Positions 10,535 through 18,536 of a DNA stretch of 53,960 nucleotides are shown here, piece by piece (positions within the stretch are counted from its first letter, which is position 1; the number at the start of each line of letters is the position of its first letter). The DNA is from an uncultured Anaerotruncus sp. GTDB taxonomy: Bacteria > Bacillota > Clostridia > Oscillospirales > Ruminococcaceae. The stretch spans positions 1 through 53,960 of the forward strand of contig CALXGW010000128.1 of NCBI GenBank assembly GCA_944387965.1, written 5' to 3'. The notes below the pieces were generated by a model. It ran no database searches and was not told the origin of the DNA. It was given only the letters and a program-made list of their open reading frames with translations. The translations under genes and the position numbers were made by a program.

Positions 10535-10558
10535 CAGGAGCTGCCCACCTGCTATAAT
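10531..10558 (+). promoter_or_regulatory. consensus sigma-A promoter of the retron
   Basis: TTGACA-N16-TATAAT with extended -10 TGn; the -35 overlaps the GT8 stop codon. Confidence 0.85.
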
Positions 10559-10589
10559 GACTGATAGGGCTGGGTATCATTGATAGCTG

Positions 10590-10782
10590 TGTCATACAGA
10601 GCAATAGGTTTTTCCTGATTCACTGATTCAGGACCCGGCTGCGAGTCGCGTCCGGGTCGGGATATCCCATCGTATTCGCTATGCTCAGGCGAGGCCGCTT
10701 GCGGTATTACCGCACATCAGGGATGTGCACAAAAGATACCGCTGCGCGGCTCCCCATGCAAATTTGTATTGCTCTGTTGACA
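10590..10782 (+). ncRNA. retron msr-msd ncRNA
   Basis: Terminal inverted repeats ACAGAGCAATA (10596-10606) and TATTGCTCTGT (10767-10777), extendable by TGTCA/TGACA; G10607 right after the 5' repeat; two msr hairpins (10613-10633, 10632-10658); long interrupted msd hairpin 10694-10750; lies directly upstream of a retron RT. Confidence 0.85.
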
Positions 10783-10803
10783 AAAAGGAAGGGAGGGGAG
10801 TTT

Positions 10804-11742
10804 TTGATCGTTTATCGGGAACTCTCCTCCCTTGTGCGTGATCTTGGAATCGACGCCAAGACCCTGTATGCCGTCAGCAATTCTTTGGAAAAGCACTACC
10901 ATCAGGTCCGATATCCCAAAAAAGACGGCGGCAGCCGCAAACTGTCCGTACCGGACGCCCAGCTCAAAATGATCCAACGGCGGATTACACAGGTCCTGCT
11001 GGTCCATATGCCGATTTCTCCTTATGCAACAGCTTATCGTTATGGGGGGAGCACATATCGCAATGCCATGCCGCATGTGGGGCAGCCTGCTGTATTGAAA
11101 TTGGATATCCAGCATTTTTTTGACAGTATCCTTTACACAGCAGTGAAAGAAAAAGCCTTTCCGGCAGAAATCTATGCGGAACCGCTGCGCGTCCTGCTGG
11201 CCATGCTTTGTTACCATCGGGAATCCCTGCCGCAGGGAGCTCCCAGCTCCCCGGCGATCACCAATATCATTATGGCTGGATTTGACGCCCGGCTGGGCGC
11301 ATGGTGCGCGGACAAAAAGATCCGTTATACCCGATATTGCGACGATATGACTTTTTCCGGCAGTTTTGCACCGGAAGCGGTCGTTGATTTTGTAGCAGAC
11401 CAGCTTCGATGCTGCGGATTCCTTCTCAACCGGAAGAAAACCAGGTATATTCCGGCGGGCTACAGGCAGGTCGTAACCGGATTGGTGGTCAATGAAAAGG
11501 TGGGCGTACCATCCGATTACCTGCGGAAACTGCGGCAGGAACTATATTATTGCCGCAAGTACGGAATAGCAAGCCATATGGCCCATCTTGGGCTTGCGGA
11601 AACAGAATCCCGCTATTTGGCGCGCCTTCTCGGCAAAGTCAACTATGTCCTGCAAATATCCCCCGGGGAAAAGGGGATGCCGGAGGCGCGCGCCTGGATT
11701 TTGGAAACGCTGGCATGCCTGCACCGTGGCCGTATGGGATAA
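10804..11742 (+). CDS. retron-type reverse transcriptase
   Basis: TTG start after GGAGGGGAG; PKKDGGSR, NAMPH (NAxxH), LDIQHFF, LPQGAPSSP, YCDD, VTGLVVN. Confidence 0.93.
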   Translation: MIVYRELSSLVRDLGIDAKTLYAVSNSLEKHYHQVRYPKKDGGSRKLSVPDAQLKMIQRRITQVLLVHMPISPYATAYRYGGSTYRNAMPHVGQPAVLKLDIQHFFDSILYTAVKEKAFPAEIYAEPLRVLLAMLCYHRESLPQGAPSSPAITNIIMAGFDARLGAWCADKKIRYTRYCDDMTFSGSFAPEAVVDFVADQLRCCGFLLNRKKTRYIPAGYRQVVTGLVVNEKVGVPSDYLRKLRQELYYCRKYGIASHMAHLGLAETESRYLARLLGKVNYVLQISPGEKGMPEARAWILETLACLHRGRMG

Positions 11743-11867
11743 GGCTGCACAGCCGCTTTTGGATTTTGCATAATGCCCGGCTCCAAAATGCCGCCCTATG
11801 ATTTGCAAATGATGCACCAGGGGACCTGATTACAGGAAAAAAGGTTTCTGTGCGCCAGGAGGTTTTT

Positions 11868-13000
11868 ATGAGGAAAATTGCCCGCATTTTACTGCCGTGT
11901 TTTTTGCCGCAGTCCTGTCCGCTTGTTCCGCACGGGAAACGCAGCTTCCCACGCCTGCAGCCAGCTCCCAAAGCAGCCAGACGGCTGCAACAGAGCCGGC
12001 CGAACCGGAGGGAACCCCGGTTTCGGATCCAACAGAGCCGGCCGAACTGGAGGAACCCCCGGTTTCGGGCACGGGACAACTGCCGGTCAATTTGGATGGC
12101 GGGCAGCCTATTTCCCCATGGGATTATCAGACATTGTTGGGAAAAGGGATGGATGTGGATTGGTCCAAAACCAACCAGGGCCGCAAATATTATACTGAGC
12201 AGGCTGCGGCAGATTTTGCATCCGCTGGCATTTCCCATGTGCGTATCCGCATCGCAGACGAAGCGTCTGCCAGCCTTTTGGAAGGGCTGGACAAGCAGAT
12301 TGCAGATTGCCTGGAAAATGGGATAATCCCGGTGATCGCTTATCAGGCGGATGCGTGCAAAGAGAACCCCAGCGAAAAAAATATCCAGCAGGTCGTAGAT
12401 TGGTGGGCAAAGGTCGCGGCGCATTACAAAGACGCCTCCTACCTGCTGGCATTTGACCTGTTGATCGAGGTGAGCGACGCGCTCAACCAGCAGCCGGAAA
12501 CATTGAATGAAATCTATGAGCGGATTGTGGCCGAGATCCGGAAAACCAACCCGCAGCGGATCATCATGATCTCACCCCGGCTGCGTTCCGATGCGGCTTA
12601 CCTGCACGAATTGGCGATCCCCTCGGGCCATAACGGCTATTTGATGGCGGAATGGCATTTTTATGCTTCCGGCCCCAGCAAGACCAACGAGCGCAAATTA
12701 TGGACGACCGGGACGGCGCAGGAACGCTCGCTGATCGATGAGAAAATCCAGCTTGCGCTGGAATGGCAGCAGCAAACAGGTATCCCCACATGGGTTGGGG
12801 CCTGGATGCCGGGAAATTATAACGATGGGGACGATTATACGGTGGAGGAACAGGTGGAATTCGCCAGCTATATGACCCAGCAGCTGACCGCTGCCGGTAT
12901 CCCGTTCGCAGTCAATTCGGATACCAAATTCTAGGACCGCAAAACCAATACATGGATCCCCGAAATGGCGCCGGTATTCACATGCATTTATAGTAAATGA
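11868..13000 (+). pseudogene. GH5-like glycoside hydrolase lipoprotein, disrupted by a frameshift near 11887-11906 and an in-frame TAG at 12932
   Basis: AGGAGG-ATG 11868 is out of frame with the lipobox LSAC and catalytic ORF 11897-12934; HVRIRI, FDLLIE, EWHFY; frame continues 21 codons past the TAG to TGA 13000. Confidence 0.7.
11988..12068 (+). repeat. 2 x 42-bp tandem repeat in the Pro/Glu/Thr linker
   Basis: CAACAGAGCCGGCCGAAC..CCGGTTTCGG at 11988 and 12030. Confidence 0.85.
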
Positions 13001-13007
13001 CCCACAG

Positions 13008-13045
13008 GCCATGGGATAGCAACCAAGCTGTCCCATGGCTTTTTT
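13008..13045 (+). terminator. rho-independent terminator
   Basis: GCCATGGGATAGC-aaccaa-GCTGTCCCATGGC-TTTTTT. Confidence 0.88.
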
Positions 13046-13157
13046 GCGCCATTTTTTGTCCGGGCCATGGATGGTATTGGATACATTTGCGCTCATAAAA
13101 AGGGCTGAGTGGCAGCCTGCTTTTTGCACCCGAAAAAGGACGTTCGCGTCAGAATCG

Positions 13158-13187
13158 TTGAAAAAGGGGGATCGTGTCCGGTAAAAT
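13158..13187 (+). promoter_or_regulatory. putative promoter of the CIS locus
   Basis: TTGAAA-N18-TAAAAT upstream of the first locus gene. Confidence 0.45.
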
Positions 13188-13222
13188 AAAATCAAACAGG
13201 AGAGAGATGTCGGAGGTGGAGC

Positions 13223-13585
13223 GTGAACATCGCCGTTTGTGAAAACAGCGCGGCAGCGGCAGAGCAATTGCGCAGCTGGATCGAACAGTATTGCAAGCTC
13301 TACCAAGTGCCGGCTGTCCTGAAGTGCTTTTTCCCTTCCACGGCATTCCCTGCCCACGATGAGCGGTTTGACATTGTCTATCTGTGTACCGGCGGTCATA
13401 CAGGTTTCTATCAGGCACGGCAGCTGCGGGAGCGGGACCCCGAATGCAAGATCATTTTGGTGGACGACACACAGGCGTTCGCCGTAAAGGGGATGCGCCT
13501 GCACTGCACCGACTTTATCCTTCGCCCGGTGGAATTCCGGCATATCGTCCGGAGCATGGATCTGGCGTTGAGGAGGCGGATGTGA
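13223..13585 (+). CDS. stand-alone degenerate (pseudo) receiver domain, LytTR-type REC-like
   Basis: MNIAVCEN, FDIVYLC (Cys where the phospho-Asp is expected), DFILRP (Arg for the conserved Lys); no output domain. Confidence 0.7.
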   Translation: MNIAVCENSAAAAEQLRSWIEQYCKLYQVPAVLKCFFPSTAFPAHDERFDIVYLCTGGHTGFYQARQLRERDPECKIILVDDTQAFAVKGMRLHCTDFILRPVEFRHIVRSMDLALRRRM

Positions 13586-14628
13586 TGGAACGGATGCAGG
13601 TCAAACGGCGGAAACCAGCGGGGCCAGGCCCCAAAGGGCTGGAACAGGGGCTGCGCCGCCAGATGGCCTGGGCGGCGGGGACAGAGCAATTCCAGAACCG
13701 GGACCCGCTTTACCATGTCACCGAATCCTTCCAGCAGACCTTTGACGCCATGGGACGCCGCCATGCGGCCCAGATGGGCGCACAGGAAAGGGAACCCGGC
13801 CAACCGCAGGAGGGCGAAACGGCACAGCGGGAAGAAATGCCTGACCCGACTTCCGCAAGATCCTTTTATGAACGGGGAAACCCGCAGGATCAGGATATGC
13901 TCCGCCGGTTTTCTGAAACCGCTTTCCAGCGTGGTACCCTTTCCGGGGCAGTGCTCCAGGGGACAGGCAAAATGATGCTCTTTTCCTGCTTAAAAAAAAC
14001 GGTGGGCCAATCCCAGCCGGACAAATGGCAGCAGCGCAAACTTTTTGAGAAGGCTTCCCCCATGCGCAACCTGCCTGGCCACAGCCCGGACAAGGTAGCT
14101 TTCAACCGTGGATTCACCAACAGCGCCGTCGGCCTGGTGGTAGACACCCTGCGGGACGCGCGGCGCACAGTGGAGGATCTGCACGATCTGGCGCTGGGCA
14201 AAAGCGAAATGGGCCAGGCGGGGGCGGATACCCTGCGCACCATGTACCCCTTCCTCGACGACAGCCGGGAACAGGGGTTGCTCGTGCAATACCAGGAACA
14301 GCTGCGCGGGACGCAGGACCCCCAGGAAAAGGCGGCACTCCAGAACGCAGCGGCACGGATGGAAGCGCTGATCGGGAAAAAGCAGCAGATGAAGCTGGAG
14401 TTTATCAATAAGCTCCGTTTCATATCCGACCGGGCAAACGAGGCGTTGGAAACTTTTTCACAGCCAGGCTTTGCAGGGGCGCTGGATAAGGCTTTGCGGG
14501 AAACGGAGGAAGATCGGCCTTTGGATGAAGGGGGCGATGGATCGGATGGAACAACAAACCCAGGGGAAGGAGCGCCAACAGCGCCCGGCGGAACAGGACC
14601 GGACACAAACAGCGGTCCGACAGCCTGA
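13585..14628 (+). CDS. hypothetical protein (CIS-associated)
   Basis: AGGAGG RBS; TGATG overlap with the upstream stop; helical C-terminal half. Confidence 0.7.
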   Translation: MERMQVKRRKPAGPGPKGLEQGLRRQMAWAAGTEQFQNRDPLYHVTESFQQTFDAMGRRHAAQMGAQEREPGQPQEGETAQREEMPDPTSARSFYERGNPQDQDMLRRFSETAFQRGTLSGAVLQGTGKMMLFSCLKKTVGQSQPDKWQQRKLFEKASPMRNLPGHSPDKVAFNRGFTNSAVGLVVDTLRDARRTVEDLHDLALGKSEMGQAGADTLRTMYPFLDDSREQGLLVQYQEQLRGTQDPQEKAALQNAAARMEALIGKKQQMKLEFINKLRFISDRANEALETFSQPGFAGALDKALRETEEDRPLDEGGDGSDGTTNPGEGAPTAPGGTGPDTNSGPTA

Positions 14629-14932
14629 ACGGGAACGCCTGAGCAGCCCGGGACAGCTGGCACTTGCAGCGCTGGAAGGGGTTTCTCTGTTTGAGATGCC
14701 CCCTGCCAGGCTGGAAACGCTGGCGGCCCTGTTGGGCAACCAAGGGATGCAGTCGCTGCTGGAACAGCAGGCGCTGCCGTTGGAAGAGGCCCGCTTCACT
14801 GTGCCCGGGGCGCTGCAGACGACCCCTTTCCCTGTGCCGGGCGATGCTTCGCCTGCTGTAACAGCCCCGCCGTCCCTGCCAGCAGGGAACAGCGGGGGCA
14901 GGGCTTTTGACCCGGCAGGGCTTGTGTACTGA
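14537..14932 (+). CDS. hypothetical protein with a GNQ-type motif
   Basis: GAAGGGGG RBS; LLGNQGMQSLL; overlaps the upstream ORF by 92 nt. Confidence 0.55.
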   Translation: MDRMEQQTQGKERQQRPAEQDRTQTAVRQPERERLSSPGQLALAALEGVSLFEMPPARLETLAALLGNQGMQSLLEQQALPLEEARFTVPGALQTTPFPVPGDASPAVTAPPSLPAGNSGGRAFDPAGLVY

Positions 14933-14945
14933 GGAGGCGAAGCGG

Positions 14946-15362
14946 ATGGACCAGACCTTCGACCTGCCGCCGGACGGCGGCGCGGAACTGGCGGCCCTGC
15001 TGGAACGCAGCGGCGTGGATTTCGTCCGGGAGGGGGACCAGTTCCGGTTCCGGTTTGCCAGCGGCGGATGCACCTGGCAGACAGTTTGCCGCTGCTGCGA
15101 AAGTTTGGTGTTGGTGTATGGGGTTTATCCTGTCCCAGTGCGGGATGCCGCACGGGGGATGGCCTTGTGCAGCCGGCTCAACAGCCAGGCGGTACGGGGG
15201 AGTTTTTTCCTCCAGGATGGACGATTCGTCTTCCGCACCAGTGCGCAGCTTACCGAACGCTTCGAGGCACAGGCACGCATTGCCGATGCGCTCGAATATA
15301 ACGCTGCCGCCCTTTCCCATTGGTGGGGACAGCTGGCGGCCGAGGCCCAGGGCCTCGATTAA
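14946..15362 (+). CDS. YbjN / T3SS-chaperone-like protein
   Basis: GAGGAGG RBS; LCSRLNSQAVRGSFFLQDGRFVFR pattern; 138 aa. Confidence 0.55.
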   Translation: MDQTFDLPPDGGAELAALLERSGVDFVREGDQFRFRFASGGCTWQTVCRCCESLVLVYGVYPVPVRDAARGMALCSRLNSQAVRGSFFLQDGRFVFRTSAQLTERFEAQARIADALEYNAAALSHWWGQLAAEAQGLD

Positions 15363-15427
15363 ACCTTGGATCCCGGCTTGCTGGGGGTTTGGCAGATGTC
15401 ATCAGCAGGCGATATTTTCATCATAGA

Positions 15428-15485
15428 AAGGAGGGGCGCTTCACGTCCGGTCCCCAGCCAATATGCGGCGTGAAGCAAAGACATG
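15428..15485 (+). promoter_or_regulatory. Shine-Dalgarno bridged to the sheath ATG by a hairpin
   Basis: AAGGAGG 15428-15434, stem GCTTCACG/CGTGAAGC (15438-45 / 15469-76), ATG 15483. Confidence 0.6.
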
Positions 15486-17237
15486 GCAGAATATCTATCC
15501 CCGGGTGTTTACGTGGAGGAGTATGATTCCGGCGCAACACCCATGCAGGGCGTGAGCACCAGCACCGCCGGCTTTGTGGGCCTGGCGGAGCGTGGCCCGG
15601 TCATTGGGCAGCCCCAGCTGGTTACCAGTTTTGCCGATTACAAACGGATGTATGGCGGGTATCTCAGCGAGGCGGCCTACGGCGGCAACCGTTTCCTGCC
15701 TTATGCGGTCGAGCAGTTCTTCCTCAACGGCGGGTCCCGCGCCTATATCATGCGGGCGGTACCCGGCGATGCAAAGGCTGCAAGCATCACCAGCGGCGTG
15801 CTGAAGATCACCGCCGCCAATCCCGGCGCTTGGGCTGAGGATATGCGGGTCAGCATTTGCCCCGCCTCCAAAGCAAAAACCCAGGTGTTGGCCGCAAACG
15901 GGGCGGAACTCACCCTGAAAAATGCCGACAGCTTCAATGCCGGCGACGTGGTGGAACTGTTTGACGGCAAGTCCGCCGCTTATGCGACCATCAAGAGCGT
16001 ACTGGATAAGGTCATCACCCTGGACGCCCCGTGCCCGTTGGATGTGGCGGATACCAAGGTGGGCACTGCCAAGTACATAAAGACCTGTGAGATCACAGTC
16101 ACCGCCCGTCTGGGTGAAAATGTGGAAACCTTTGAGAACCTTTCCCTCAAGCCGGATGCCCTCAATAATATCTGCGTCAAGACCCGTAAATCCGACCTGA
16201 TTATTGCTGAGGTGCTGGAAGCCAAAGCCCCGGTCAAGGAAAAGGATAAAAAGGATGCAGCAGCTCCCGCTGAGGCCCCGAAAGCAGCCCCGATCGCACC
16301 GTACAGCCTGTGCGGCGGTACCGGCGACGAGTTGGTGCTCACTTTGGCCGGCGGCAGCAACGGTTCGGTTTTGACAGCCGGCGCAGACGCTTTCCTGGGC
16401 AAAGACGACGGCCCTGGCAAACGCACCGGCCTGCAGGCGTTCCGTGAAAATGGGAATGTATCCATCATGGCCATCCCGGGCATCACCGCCCCGGAAGTCC
16501 AGGCAGCGCTGATCGCCTTCTGCGAAAGCAAAAAGAGCTGCTTTGCCATCCTGGATGTGCCGATCGAACTCAAGAAGACCAATGATGTGGCGAATTTCCG
16601 GGATATGTACGATTCCACCTATGCGGCGATGTATCATCCGTGGCTGGAAATGTACGATGCCGGCGCCAAACGTGCAGCTTACTTCCCGCCTTCCGGCGCA
16701 ATGGCTGGCATCTATGCCCGCACCGATATCGAGCGGGGCGTTCATAAAGCCCCGGCCAACGAGGTGGTCCGTGGCTGCACCGGCCTTTCCTGCGCGTACA
16801 ATGAAGGCGAACAGGATATCCTCAACCCGATCGGGGTCAACCTGATCCGTGCATTTACCGGGCGCGGCATCCGTGTCTGGGGCGCACGCACCATCAGCTC
16901 CAACGGCTTGTGGAAGTACCTGAATGTCCGCCGCCTGTTCATCTATGTGGAGGAGTCGATCAAAGCCAATACCAACTGGGTAGTCTTTGAACCGAACTCC
17001 ACTGCCCTGTGGAGCCGGGTCACCCGGACGATCGAAGCCTTCCTGGCCACCTGTTGGCGGGATGGCGCGCTGGCAGGTTCCAGCCCGTCCGAGGCCTTCT
17101 TTGTGGAATGCGGGCCTACGACAATGACCCAGGACGACATCGACAATGGCCGCCTGATCTGCCAGATCGGTATCGCCCCGGTGAAACCTGCTGAGTTTGT
17201 CATCTTCCGCATCACCCAGAAGACCGCTTCCGAATGA
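15483..17237 (+). CDS. contractile tail sheath protein (Afp2/3/4-like)
   Basis: YLSPGVYVEE, FVGLAERGP, FFLNGG, GVHKAPAN, GIRVWGART, YLNVRRL, APVKPAEFVIFRI. Confidence 0.97.
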   Translation: MAEYLSPGVYVEEYDSGATPMQGVSTSTAGFVGLAERGPVIGQPQLVTSFADYKRMYGGYLSEAAYGGNRFLPYAVEQFFLNGGSRAYIMRAVPGDAKAASITSGVLKITAANPGAWAEDMRVSICPASKAKTQVLAANGAELTLKNADSFNAGDVVELFDGKSAAYATIKSVLDKVITLDAPCPLDVADTKVGTAKYIKTCEITVTARLGENVETFENLSLKPDALNNICVKTRKSDLIIAEVLEAKAPVKEKDKKDAAAPAEAPKAAPIAPYSLCGGTGDELVLTLAGGSNGSVLTAGADAFLGKDDGPGKRTGLQAFRENGNVSIMAIPGITAPEVQAALIAFCESKKSCFAILDVPIELKKTNDVANFRDMYDSTYAAMYHPWLEMYDAGAKRAAYFPPSGAMAGIYARTDIERGVHKAPANEVVRGCTGLSCAYNEGEQDILNPIGVNLIRAFTGRGIRVWGARTISSNGLWKYLNVRRLFIYVEESIKANTNWVVFEPNSTALWSRVTRTIEAFLATCWRDGALAGSSPSEAFFVECGPTTMTQDDIDNGRLICQIGIAPVKPAEFVIFRITQKTASE

Positions 17238-17279
17238 TCCTGAACCTCCAACACTGATACAGAAAGGACGAAATCAATC

Positions 17280-17759
17280 ATGGCCATCAATTATCCATAC
17301 AGAGTATTTCGGTACCAGGTGGAGATCGACGGGATCAGCCGGGCAGGCTTCTCTGAAGTGTCCGGCATGAGCGCCTCCACCGACGCCGTGGAGTATCGCG
17401 AAGGCGACGACCTGCGCAACACCCCCCGTAAACTTGCGGGGCTGACCAAATTCGGGAACGTGACCCTGCGTTGGGGCGTATCCGATGACAGCGATTTCCT
17501 GGAGTGGCTTAATTCGGTCGCTCCGACCAATACTGCGCCGCCGACCGGCCTGGTGCGTCACAATGTGACCATCACCCTCATCGACGACGCGGGCAACCCC
17601 GGCCCATCCTGGCAGCTGATCAACGCCTGGCCGGTCGGCTACACCGTCCCCGACCTGAACGGCCTGGGCGGCGAGGTCGCCATCCAGTCGCTGGAACTGT
17701 GCCACGAAGGATTGGAGCACATCCCTGGCTCGGTAGCGGGGACGCCGTCTGACATCTGA
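17280..17759 (+). CDS. tail tube protein (T4 gp19 / Afp1-like)
   Basis: FRYQVEIDG, FSEVSG, EYREG, NVTLRWG, WQLINAWP, ELCHEG. Confidence 0.95.
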   Translation: MAINYPYRVFRYQVEIDGISRAGFSEVSGMSASTDAVEYREGDDLRNTPRKLAGLTKFGNVTLRWGVSDDSDFLEWLNSVAPTNTAPPTGLVRHNVTITLIDDAGNPGPSWQLINAWPVGYTVPDLNGLGGEVAIQSLELCHEGLEHIPGSVAGTPSDI

Positions 17760-17774
17760 TTTGTGAACCACATC

Positions 17775-17815
17775 CCCTGAGGCCCGCAGGCGTGATTGCT
17801 TGCGGGCCGTCAGGG
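17775..17815 (+). promoter_or_regulatory. strong hairpin with no U-tract after the sheath-tube pair (mRNA stabiliser or attenuator)
   Basis: CCCTGA-GGCCCGCAGGC-gtgatt-GCTTGCGGGCC-g-TCAGGG. Confidence 0.55.
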
Positions 17816-17840
17816 AATCCTGGCCCAGGAGGATATCATT

Positions 17841-18200
17841 ATGCAGACCGAATTTGAATTTGAACTGCCCAAAGGTTATGTAGACGCCAATGGTGAGATC
17901 CATAAGCGGGGGTTGATGCGCCTGGCCACGGCGGCGGATGAGATCCTGCCCCTGCGCGACCCGCGGGTCCAGCAGAATGCGGGATACCTGACCATCATCC
18001 TGCTTTCGCGGGTGGTCACAAAATTAGGGACCTTGAGCGCAGTCAACACCAGGGTCATCGAAAACCTGTTTACCATGGATCTGGCTTATCTGCAGGATAT
18101 GTACCAGCGGATCAATATGTCGGAGATGCCGCATTACCAGCTCACCTGCCCCCACTGCAACCAGCAGTTTGAGGTGCCGCTGGATTTTTTGCTGGGCTAG
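17841..18200 (+). CDS. tail assembly chaperone (P2 gpE / lambda gpG-like position)
   Basis: AGGAGG RBS; FELPKGYVD..G.MRLATAADEI..DPRV; C-terminal CPHC; follows the tube gene. Confidence 0.78.
   Translation: MQTEFEFELPKGYVDANGEIHKRGLMRLATAADEILPLRDPRVQQNAGYLTIILLSRVVTKLGTLSAVNTRVIENLFTMDLAYLQDMYQRINMSEMPHYQLTCPHCNQQFEVPLDFLLG
18185..18191 (+). promoter_or_regulatory. putative -1 programmed frameshift site T TTT TTG
   Basis: In-frame slippery heptamer just before the stop; the -1 frame is open from 18173 into the ORF at 18338. Confidence 0.72.
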
Positions 18201-18337
18201 AGCAGGCTTGTGAAGGGGATGAGGGATACCCGATCCGGCCTGCAAAAGCTTTCAACGGGCAGAAGGAAGACCCCGCTGCCTGGCGGGAACTGCCCCGCCG
18301 GCGGGATAGCCCCTTATTTCAAAAGCCTGCCCGGGGG

Positions 18338-18520
18338 ATGTCGCTCTATCCCCAGGAACGCCTTTACCAGGAAATGGCGTTTTTAGCCTATTATCTGCAC
18401 TGGTCCAGCCAGACTCTGATGGATCTGGACCACTGGGAGCGGCGGCGCTGGTGCCGCGAGGTGTCCGCAATCAATAAAAAACTCAGCGGCAATGAACAAA
18501 AGACCTTTGAACTGAAATGA
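18338..18520 (+). CDS. DUF6760 / P2 gpE'-like small protein, probably the C-terminus of a frameshift fusion
   Basis: YPQERLYQEMAFLAYYLHWS..WERRRW; only a weak G-run precedes the ATG. Confidence 0.75.
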   Translation: MSLYPQERLYQEMAFLAYYLHWSSQTLMDLDHWERRRWCREVSAINKKLSGNEQKTFELK

Positions 18521-18536
18521 ACGGCAGGTGATTCCT

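Noticed and set aside
10681-10803. N-terminal 41 aa of the RT as called in the ORF track
   Set aside because: Overlaps the msd hairpin and 3' inverted repeat; the RBS sits before TTG 10804.
10804-11742. Group II intron, DGR or CRISPR-associated RT
   Set aside because: Short RT with retron NAxxH and VTG motifs and an msr-msd-like leader; no maturase domain, TR/VR pair, cas1 or array seen.
12932-12934. Pyrrolysine or stop-codon reassignment explaining the in-frame stops
   Set aside because: TAG and TAA end other genes normally (for example 1576, 18200, 22139); no pyl genes seen; point changes are simpler.
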